Source: a virus
Lineage: Duplodnaviria > Caudoviricetes
Virus record (IMG/VR): IMGVR_UViG_3300012878_000051
Location: 1-26,632 of that record
DNA: 26,632 bases
Direction: 5' to 3' (one strand)
This document shows, in pieces, positions 17,801-24,307 of the stretch (position 1 is the stretch's first letter; each line of letters starts with the position of its first letter). The notes under the pieces are model-generated. The model ran no database searches. It saw nothing but the letters and a program-made list of their open reading frames with translations, and was not told the origin of the DNA. Made by a program: the position numbers and the translations under genes.

Positions 17801-20800
17801 GAGTTGCAGCAAGAAGTGCACGACCGTTTGGCGTCTGTGGACGCCACCGAGCAGTCGATCAATGCGCAAATTGCGACGTTGCATGCGGAGATTGCCGATA
17901 TTCAAGGAATTCTGCCCTGGGATGCATCCCGGGCCTACGAGCCGGGCAATATCGTGTCTTGGGACGGACGCCTGTACAGCGCCAATTTGGCCAACACCGG
18001 GGTGGAGCCCAGTGACGAAGCAACCTGGGAAAAGATCGGCGACTACTCCAGCTTGGCTGCTGTAGTCGGAGACTTGGGGGCGCGCGTTTCCACCGCGGAA
18101 GTCGTGCAGGCGGGGCAAGCCACGAAGTTGAGCAGCCTGGAGACCGCGCAAGGTAAGCAGGGCAGCAAAGTCACCGGCCTGGAACGGACCTCCGTTGAGC
18201 AGGGACAGCGCCTGTCCTCGGTGGAAACCCAGGCCACGGATAGCGCCAGCAAAATCCAGACGCTGGATACCACGACCGCAAACCTCGCCCGCCGTGCGAC
18301 CACGTTGGAAACGCAGTCGGCCGCGAGCGCGGGCAAGATATCTCTGCTAGAGGAATCCTCGGCGGACCACGCCTTGCGCATGGGCGAACTGCGCGCGACG
18401 GCTGCAGACCAGGACGGCGCCATTACCAACCTGGAGCGCGTGTCGGCATCCAGCGCCAGCAGCATGCGACGGCTGGCGGTGCGCCAGGGCGATCTGCAAT
18501 CGTCCATTGAACAGGTCGATGCCGTTGCGGCGGGGCTGGCTCAACGGGCTACTACGCTGGAAACGAACCAGGGGCTGCATGGCAGCAAAATCGGAGTGCT
18601 GGAATCCGCCACCAGTGAATTGGCGAATCGTACGACGACCCTGGAAACGACGCAGGGGCAGCAGGCCAGTAAGATCACCAGCGTTGAGCAGACGCAGGGC
18701 AATCAAGCCCAGCGTCTCGCATCCATGGAGACCACTCAGGGACAGCAGTCGGGCAAGATTTCTTCGCTGGAGGAAACGACGGCGGACTATGCGCTGCGCA
18801 TGGGAGAGTTGCGGGCAACCGCGGCCGATCAGGACGGTGCGATCACCAACCTGGAACGCGTATCCGCGACCAGCGCCAGCAGCCTGCGTCGGATGGACGT
18901 GCGTCAGGGCGATCTGCAGTCGTCTATTGAGCGTATCGAGGTGGTGAGTGCTGGGCTGGCTCAGCGCGCCGACACGCTGGAGACCGTCCAAGGTCAGCAT
19001 GGAAGCAAAGTCGGTGTGCTGGAACAGACGACGCTGGATCAGGGAAAACGTCTAGGTACGGTGGAAACCACGCAGGGGCAGCAGACCAGCAAGATCACCA
19101 GCATCGAGCAAACGCAAGGAGGGCATGCCCAGCGGCTGTCGACGGTGGAGACCACGCAGGGCCAGCAAGGCGGAAAGATCTCGACCTTGGAGCAGACCTC
19201 AAACAGCCTCGCTCAACGTACGGGTACGCTGGAGACTAATTCCCAGGCATTGAGCGCCCAGGTGCGGACGCTTGAAGAGGCCAGCGAGGATACCGCCCTT
19301 CGCTTGATGGAGGTCAGGGCGACGGCAGCGGATACGGACTCTGCGGTCAGCGAGCTGGTCCAAGCCACCAAAGAGAACGCCAGAACGTCGCTGCGCATCA
19401 GCGCGCGGACTGACCAGAACAGCGCCGGCATCATCGAAGAGCGAGAGGCGCGCGCCACCGAGAACTCCGCTTTGGCAAGCCGTTTGGTGATGCTGGAGGC
19501 CCAGACGACGGAAACGTTCGATGCGGAAAGGTCCTGGAGCTTCGACGCGGGGCAAGAGGGTTGGACGGCTTTCAATGCACCGAACGCGGCAGTGTCGTGG
19601 ATTGCTCAATCGCCATACTACCTTCGTGCCGAACCTCTCGTGGGCACGGCGATCGGCCGTCTTGACCGCATCCTGGCTCCGGCTGAACGATACAACCCGA
19701 AGGTTAATCCCGTGGTCCGCGTCAGGGTTCGATTCCCGAACGGTTGCCCCAGCGGGATGTTCCAGATCTATGTCGCGGTCAATGGCAGTACTAGCACCGG
19801 CACGAATGCCCAGCTGCGCATGGTTAGCAAGACGCTTACTGGATGGCAGACGGTGGATTTCGACCTGATGGCAATCAACGACATCGTTTCGGGTGCCACC
19901 GATATCAGCCGCATCATCCTGGGCGATACCCGCACGGCGTCCAACGGCGTATTCGAGGTGGATTTCGTGGGGGTGGGAAGGTATGGCGCGCCGGTCAGCC
20001 GTGCGGTGTTTCAACAGAAGACAGATGTTCTTGCTGCCGAGAATGAGGTCCGTGCGAAAGATATCCAACGGATGGAAACGGCGCTTGGAAAAACCACGAC
20101 TGGTGCCTACACCACCGTCGAAACCGTGCACAAACTCGATGGGGCGGTGTCGACGAATTGGACAGTGCGCGTCCAACAGAACAGCAACGGGCAGAAGTAC
20201 CTGGCCGGCATTGGAGTGGGGATCGAAAGCGCGGGCGGAAGCAGTCCTGTGCAGTCCACGATCGCCATGGTGGCCGACCGGTTTGTGCTGATGTCACAGG
20301 TGGGAGCGGTGCCTGAAGCGGTGTTCTCGGTGGACAATGGTCAAGCTTTTCTGCGTTCGGCATTTATTCAGGACGGCACCATTACGGCCGCCAAAATTCA
20401 GGATGCCGCGATCACCAACGCGAAGATAGCCAATGGGTCCGTCGACAACGCGAAGATAGTGAATGCAGCGATCGACAATGCGAAGATCCTGAATGGCGCG
20501 ATTTCCACAGCTAAGATCGGCGAGGCACAGATTGATACGCTTCGCTTGGCCTCCGGTGCCGTGGTGACCGGCCAGATTATGCCGTTCAACATCACCTACG
20601 GACGAACGAGCGGTACGGATTACGTGTCTATTGGCGTGCATCTTCCCTTCGGCGGTACACCGATGATTTTCTGGGATGCGACGACCGGTGAGTGGGATTC
20701 GGAATATCCCCGAAACACCACAAATATCTTGGTTCGGACGAGTCACTACGGAGTCATCTATAACGAATTGCCCAATGCGGGCGTTCGATTGCCGAATCTT

Positions 20801-20944
20801 CATTATTGGCGGCACCAGGGCTTCTATATCGGTACGTCGCTGCCTGCCAATTCCACGTTTGTCGTGGATTTCGTTGGGGCCCGTCCTGGTGACCGGACTG
20901 TTAACTGGGCTGGCCGTGCAGCCGTCCTTGTTTTCCAGAGGTAA
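14879..20944 (+). CDS. Central tail fibre / host-specificity protein (lambda gpJ-like), ~2021 aa
   Basis: GYKGKGGG...EAPDSL start, WDGTFK...NPAW, EPRF, FnIII-like region, long coiled-coil repeats, YLAGIG.G..ADRF..F.....IQDGTI (DUF1983-like) segment. TAATG overlap with gene I. Confidence 0.93.
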   Translation: MNVHQSNDLGVAETDVALQHSARAVRGYKGKGGGGGRIAKEAPDSLHSTQYARILDAVNIGPMGEIASTPECVLRNVFLDGTPIIGEDGSENFPGVEVHVRYGTQTQDPIPGFPGAENTIAVGTQLKTTKSWTQLITNTGIDAVRVTLSTDRLTEQNTKNGDLNGYFIDYVIEVMSAGSSWEPVVTAAMRGKTTQRYTRTHRIDLPPDTGPWTVRVRRISEDATGGAIQSNLFVDAYTEVVDTKLRYPMVAMVGYKIPASLFNSIPSRAVRGKGREIRVPSNYDARTRVYAGVWDGTFKLSVCANPAWVLLDILTNDIFGLGKRINVGMVDRWTLYQIAQYCDELVPDGLGGMEPRFRCIGQIMKREDAHKLIQDIASIFHGMTYALNGTVTARADMPGNPVYTYSRANIIGEFEFAGTARKTNYNVMRVSYTNQDDFGRQKVEVAEDTESIARIGLRDAETTAFMCCSRSQANRMARWAIMTSQAQDRLVKFRVGLDYALVKPGEVIYVADNILAGAMISGRFRRVISASVMVLDRTARVKPGDTLLANMPDGSCEERRVNAVEVSDDEVRLTVAPFSDAPLDEGIWCVQADDLKPFQFRIQDVALTGPMEAQISAILEIPGKHASVDYGTKLDFPDNSVVPSLMMAAPTDVRLSSSTSVDQSIAQHVMRVEWKGSKEARSYSVQWRRDNSDWISLPDTGAESIEVPGIRAGRYQARVQALSALDVRSTWVLSDMAQLSGNLEAPPAVAYLTASNNQLYGITVKWGFRDSRSPIRRAELWFSPNNSFQDASRLSEISYPGDSFSIAGLPAGTQYWFWIRLVDSTGEAGEFYPATSVAGVYGVTNTDAKDYLDAIKEEVLSSELGQQMFEDIGRISSGLSGLGEVVGEQGQTLTDHAQQLIRQGEDLRLEAAARVAANAVLAENLATEAQSLQQGLLAEERARQQALAAETTARQTGLLTEAQARQDGIAALSSELQQEVHDRLASVDATEQSINAQIATLHAEIADIQGILPWDASRAYEPGNIVSWDGRLYSANLANTGVEPSDEATWEKIGDYSSLAAVVGDLGARVSTAEVVQAGQATKLSSLETAQGKQGSKVTGLERTSVEQGQRLSSVETQATDSASKIQTLDTTTANLARRATTLETQSAASAGKISLLEESSADHALRMGELRATAADQDGAITNLERVSASSASSMRRLAVRQGDLQSSIEQVDAVAAGLAQRATTLETNQGLHGSKIGVLESATSELANRTTTLETTQGQQASKITSVEQTQGNQAQRLASMETTQGQQSGKISSLEETTADYALRMGELRATAADQDGAITNLERVSATSASSLRRMDVRQGDLQSSIERIEVVSAGLAQRADTLETVQGQHGSKVGVLEQTTLDQGKRLGTVETTQGQQTSKITSIEQTQGGHAQRLSTVETTQGQQGGKISTLEQTSNSLAQRTGTLETNSQALSAQVRTLEEASEDTALRLMEVRATAADTDSAVSELVQATKENARTSLRISARTDQNSAGIIEEREARATENSALASRLVMLEAQTTETFDAERSWSFDAGQEGWTAFNAPNAAVSWIAQSPYYLRAEPLVGTAIGRLDRILAPAERYNPKVNPVVRVRVRFPNGCPSGMFQIYVAVNGSTSTGTNAQLRMVSKTLTGWQTVDFDLMAINDIVSGATDISRIILGDTRTASNGVFEVDFVGVGRYGAPVSRAVFQQKTDVLAAENEVRAKDIQRMETALGKTTTGAYTTVETVHKLDGAVSTNWTVRVQQNSNGQKYLAGIGVGIESAGGSSPVQSTIAMVADRFVLMSQVGAVPEAVFSVDNGQAFLRSAFIQDGTITAAKIQDAAITNAKIANGSVDNAKIVNAAIDNAKILNGAISTAKIGEAQIDTLRLASGAVVTGQIMPFNITYGRTSGTDYVSIGVHLPFGGTPMIFWDATTGEWDSEYPRNTTNILVRTSHYGVIYNELPNAGVRLPNLHYWRHQGFYIGTSLPANSTFVVDFVGARPGDRTVNWAGRAAVLVFQR
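18331..19170 (+). repeat. Tandem 420-bp (140-aa) duplication within J coiled-coil
   Basis: 18331-18750 aligns without gaps to 18751-19170 (GKIS.LEE..AD.ALRMGELRATAADQDGAITNLERVSA...). Confidence 0.9.
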
Positions 20945-20946
20945 GC

Positions 20947-21372
20947 ATGAACGATAAAAACGAGTTGTACCCTGCGGGGGGCTCCCAAGGCTCATCAACT
21001 TCAGAGAGGGAAATGTTCTTCTTTTTTCGTCCGGAGTCAGGTGTGGTGACCTCCTCCACGCAATGTCATGAGCGCGATGCCCAGGTGATCGCAGAGCACT
21101 CCGGTTCAGGCTATGCGCGAGGCCAGGCGCGGCCCGGGCTGGATTTCTTTGAGTCAGGTGAAGTCAAAGCTAGGGTTAAGCTGCCAATCGTGGTTGATGG
21201 GCTAACCCTTCGCAATGTCCCCTTTCCATCGGTCCTGACCGTTGGGGGATTCGATCATGACGTGAACGAAGGCGTGGTGGAGCTAGATCTTGGCACTGGG
21301 AAAACGACCATAGCCATGCTTTTTGAACCCTATCTCAACTGGGAGGTTGTCCTTGAAAATCAAACACCGTAA
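20947..21372 (+). CDS. Hypothetical protein after J, putative fibre assembly/accessory protein, 141 aa
   Basis: GAGGT RBS; directly follows J. Confidence 0.6.
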   Translation: MNDKNELYPAGGSQGSSTSEREMFFFFRPESGVVTSSTQCHERDAQVIAEHSGSGYARGQARPGLDFFESGEVKARVKLPIVVDGLTLRNVPFPSVLTVGGFDHDVNEGVVELDLGTGKTTIAMLFEPYLNWEVVLENQTP

Positions 21373-21562
21373 TTGCTATAGGGCGAGTCGTTCCGTCGAA
21401 TACCCGCCTATTCCCGAGCAATTGGATGCGCTCTTGAAACTTGCGCTTCATCTGAGTGGTCAGCGAGATGACCTGCCGACCGGGGTGCAGGAATGGATCG
21501 CCAAATGCCAAGAGATAAAGCGCAAATATCCCAAACCCGATCCAGACAACCAGCCCGCCTAG
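21353..21562 (+). CDS. Small putative tail-fibre chaperone, 69 aa
   Basis: TTG start after GGAGGT; R..EYPPI.EQLDAL...W...C..IK.KYPKP pattern common in small genes following phage fibres. Confidence 0.6.
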   Translation: MKIKHRNCYRASRSVEYPPIPEQLDALLKLALHLSGQRDDLPTGVQEWIAKCQEIKRKYPKPDPDNQPA

Positions 21563-21575
21563 CGCGGGCTTTTTT
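21552..21575 (+). terminator. Intrinsic terminator before lysis cassette
   Basis: AGCCCGC-CTAGC-GCGGGCT hairpin followed by a T run. Confidence 0.8.
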
Positions 21576-21597
21576 ACGCCCAAATAGGAGGGCGATC

Positions 21598-21966
21598 ATG
21601 AACGAATCACTAAGCACGGCCAGCGCGTCTGGCCTGGTCTTGGGCGCGGGCTTGCTAAGCGTCCTTTTCGACCGCGACCCAAGCGTCGTGATATGCGCTT
21701 TTTTTGGCGCCGTGGTGTTTGTGCTGTCAGCGAAGGAATCCACCCGCCTTGAACGGATCCTGTACCTCGTCGTGTCGTTCTGCGTCGGGGTGATCGGCGC
21801 CGACTTCGGCACGCGGGTGCTGGCTGACCTGCTGCCGGGCAGCTATTCCGTCCCGACCAGCATTTCAGCGCTGGTGATCAGCACTGTCGCCGTCCGGCTT
21901 TTGCAGTTCGGCATCCGCCGCGTCACCAACCCGGAATTCCCAAGGATCGGAGGGCCGAATCCATGA
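21598..21966 (+). CDS. Putative holin, 122 aa
   Basis: AGGAGG RBS; several hydrophobic helices and basic C-terminus; first gene of the lysis cluster. Confidence 0.75.
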   Translation: MNESLSTASASGLVLGAGLLSVLFDRDPSVVICAFFGAVVFVLSAKESTRLERILYLVVSFCVGVIGADFGTRVLADLLPGSYSVPTSISALVISTVAVRLLQFGIRRVTNPEFPRIGGPNP

Positions 21967-22271
21967 CCGTGGGGTTCATCGTATTCATCTTGAACGGCAC
22001 GGCATGCGCGATCACGTGCCTCAGTATTCTGATGTACCGACGTGAGGGAGCCCGTTTTCGCCTGGGCGCCAGCGCTGTGGCCTATGCGCTTGTGCTGGCC
22101 ACCGGCGCGGTAACAATCCGCACGCTGTACGGGACCTACGGCGGTCCCGTTGACCCGTCCGAATTGCTCATCAATGGGGTGCTTTGCGTATCGATGTTGG
22201 CGAGCCGGGGGAACGTGACGGTGCTGATATCTCCACGAAGGATGTTCGGGAGGGCGAGATTTTGGACCTGA
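21963..22271 (+). CDS. Second putative holin/antiholin (DUF754-like), 102 aa
   Basis: Three hydrophobic segments with YRR.GAR.R and RGNV motifs; ATGA overlap. Confidence 0.75.
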   Translation: MTVGFIVFILNGTACAITCLSILMYRREGARFRLGASAVAYALVLATGAVTIRTLYGTYGGPVDPSELLINGVLCVSMLASRGNVTVLISPRRMFGRARFWT

Positions 22272-22756
22272 CTCTCTTGCTTCGAGGAACGATCGTTCCT
22301 GCGCTGGACTTGCTGCCTGCCAAGATGGATACGCCCGCCGCGCGCATCTTGCTGCTGGCGATTGGCCTGCAGGAAAGCCGATTCCAGCATCGTCGTCAGA
22401 TCGGCGGGCCCGCGCGGGGATTGTGGCAATTCGAGCGCGGCGGAGGCGTTCGCGGCGTGCTGACCCATCCGGCAAGCCGTGATCATGCCTATCGGATTTG
22501 CTACGCCCGCAGTGTCGCGCCTGTTGCCGCCACGGTGCATGCCGCGATTGAGTTCGACGACGAGCTGGCGGCCGTATTCGCCAGGCTGCTGATGTGGACC
22601 GATGCGTGGCGTCTGCCGGATGCGGGCGATGTGCAGGGCGGGTGGGATTTTTATATTCGCACCTGGCGTCCGGGAAAGCCGCATCCCGGGACCTGGCCGG
22701 CGCTTTACGCGCATGCCGATGCCGTCGTGGGAGGTCTCGATGTGGCCGCCGCTTAA
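22262..22756 (+). CDS. Endolysin, lysozyme-like fold, ~164 aa
   Basis: TTG start after GGGAGGG; LLAIGLQESRF (candidate catalytic Glu), GPARGLWQFE and WRPGKPH motifs; lies between holins and spanins. Confidence 0.7.
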   Translation: MDLTLLLRGTIVPALDLLPAKMDTPAARILLLAIGLQESRFQHRRQIGGPARGLWQFERGGGVRGVLTHPASRDHAYRICYARSVAPVAATVHAAIEFDDELAAVFARLLMWTDAWRLPDAGDVQGGWDFYIRTWRPGKPHPGTWPALYAHADAVVGGLDVAAA

Positions 22757-23009
22757 ACGTGTCCAGGGCTGGTTGATGGTGCTGGCGCTCGCCCTGACAA
22801 CGTTGGCCGGCGTGTTCTACAGGGGCCGCGCAAATGGAAAGGCGGTGGAACGTCAGGAGCGCGACGCGCAGCTCCGCAGGCAGGCCTCGGCGGCCAGAAA
22901 GGAGGTTCGCGATGTGCAAAGAGAGACGGCGCACCTGGATGATGGTGCTATTGCCGATGAGCTTAAGCGTGAGTGGGTGCGTGGCGCCGGCGGCAAGGGT
23001 GGGCGTTGA
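22740..23009 (+). CDS. Putative inner-membrane spanin (Rz-like), 89 aa
   Basis: GGAGG RBS; single N-terminal TM helix followed by a charged coiled-coil. Confidence 0.7.
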   Translation: MWPPLKRVQGWLMVLALALTTLAGVFYRGRANGKAVERQERDAQLRRQASAARKEVRDVQRETAHLDDGAIADELKREWVRGAGGKGGR

Positions 23010-23130
23010 GTTCTGCGAACATGCCAGGCCGGTGCATTTTGATACTCCAGGGCAAGTGGACGCGACGCCGGCGCCCGTGCGCCGTCAAGTGTTGGAGATC
23101 AACGAAACCTGGCGGCGGCTATGCCGATGA
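22912..23130 (+). CDS. Putative outer-membrane spanin lipoprotein (Rz1-like), 72 aa
   Basis: AAGGAGGT RBS before ATG 22912; basic N-terminus, hydrophobic stretch and lipobox VSG|C; overlaps the i-spanin in another frame. Confidence 0.7.
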   Translation: MCKERRRTWMMVLLPMSLSVSGCVAPAARVGVEFCEHARPVHFDTPGQVDATPAPVRRQVLEINETWRRLCR

Positions 23131-23171
23131 GCAGGCGTCTTGCCGCCTAAGCCCGCCGCAATGATCTTGTC

Positions 23172-24224
23172 TTAGCGCGCAACCAGGCGCTGATCCACGC
23201 CGTTGCGCAGATCGTAGGGGGACCAAAGAATGCGGCCGACGATACGGATCTCGCGTCCGTCTTGCTCATGCAGCGGGAAGTCCGCGTGAGCGGGATTCAA
23301 AGAGCGCGCGAGCCACGTGCCGTCACGGTGGCGGACTACGCACTTCACGATCATCTTGCCGCCATGGTTGATGGCGTAGATGGTCCGGGGATGGATCTGG
23401 TTCAGGTCGGTGATCGCGTCCTCGTAAAAGAGCATCGGGCCGCAGTGGCGGATGACGGGCTCCATGCTGTCGCCATCGGCGTACACGATCCGCATGCGGT
23501 CGACAGGCAAACCGAAGGACTGCAGAAATGATCGGCGCAACAACAGTTCGCCGATTTCGGTCTCGTGATAGTTTTCGATGCCGAGTCTGCCCGCCGCCAA
23601 GCGCACATCCAGTTCGGGAATCGGCGTGAACTCTTGGTCGTTGGCCGAGTAGCCCGCGTTCGGGACATGGCCGACGTCGACATCGGTGCTGATGCGCAAT
23701 GCGTGCAGCGGCGACGGTTCGAAGGTCGTCTTGCCGCCGGCCTCCCAAGGCATGGGTTCGCGCAATCGCATCGGGAACGGATCTTCTACACCGTCGATGT
23801 CCATGACGCCACCGCGCTGCGCCGACGTGTAGACCGGGTCGGCCACGGCGTATGTCGCGCGCACGCCCATTTGCCCAAGCGCAAGCAGCAAGGCGCCTTC
23901 CAGGCGCTTGATCTGATCGCCGGGTAAGGAACGCAACAAGGACTCCGGCACTGACGGAAAGGGCCATTCGGCGCCTGGCTTGGCTCGCGCGGCAGAAGGC
24001 GGAAATTCTTGTGGGGTGGGAGGGTGGTCCTGTCCGGTTTCCAGATAAGCCAGCGAAACGCCCAAGGCCTCCGCAAGCAGCCGCCCATGACGCGTATTGC
24101 CGCCACCTTCGATCTTCTTGATGGCGACCTGAGAGATCCCAACCCGTTTGGCGAGTTCGGTCTGCGAAAGCTTCAGGCGCTCTCGGCGATCTTTGACTCG
24201 GGAGGCGAAAGTGGCGGGGTTCAT
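23172..24224 (-). CDS. CI/PrtR-like repressor (XRE HTH + S24 autopeptidase), 350 aa
   Basis: LSQTELAKRVGISQVAIKKIE HTH; LAAG cleavage site; GDSMEP catalytic Ser; IVK catalytic Lys; IVGRI C-terminus. Confidence 0.92.
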   Translation of the reverse strand: MNPATFASRVKDRRERLKLSQTELAKRVGISQVAIKKIEGGGNTRHGRLLAEALGVSLAYLETGQDHPPTPQEFPPSAARAKPGAEWPFPSVPESLLRSLPGDQIKRLEGALLLALGQMGVRATYAVADPVYTSAQRGGVMDIDGVEDPFPMRLREPMPWEAGGKTTFEPSPLHALRISTDVDVGHVPNAGYSANDQEFTPIPELDVRLAAGRLGIENYHETEIGELLLRRSFLQSFGLPVDRMRIVYADGDSMEPVIRHCGPMLFYEDAITDLNQIHPRTIYAINHGGKMIVKCVVRHRDGTWLARSLNPAHADFPLHEQDGREIRIVGRILWSPYDLRNGVDQRLVAR

Positions 24225-24230
24225 GGGCGC

Positions 24231-24302
24231 ATCCTATAACCACGGTTGTATGTGGTCAAAGAACCTAAGTTATTGACTAATCTATAACTAGGGTTATAAA
24301 CT
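24231..24302. promoter_or_regulatory. Divergent promoters with three 16-bp operators (lambda OR-like switch)
   Basis: TATAAC-CACG-GTTGTA (24235-24250), AAGAAC-CTAA-GTTATT (24259-24274) and TATAAC-TAGG-GTTATA (24283-24298) at exact 24-bp spacing. Leftward TTGACC-17-TAGGAT; rightward TTGACT-18-TAAACT. Confidence 0.8.
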
Positions 24303-24307
24303 GAGTT

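Noticed and set aside
2667-21562. Contractile system (R-type tailocin, eCIS/PVC, T6SS)
   Set aside because: No sheath, baseplate wedge or VgrG/PAAR-like genes; the M-L-K-I-J set is lambda-like and non-contractile.
8018-21562. Diversity-generating retroelement or invertible fibre switch
   Set aside because: No reverse transcriptase or invertase, no near-identical TR/VR pair seen, and both modules face the same way and are highly diverged.
24225-24307. LexA SOS box or a small cro gene
   Set aside because: No CTGT-N8-ACAG seen, and the 83-bp gap is filled by operators with no room for cro.
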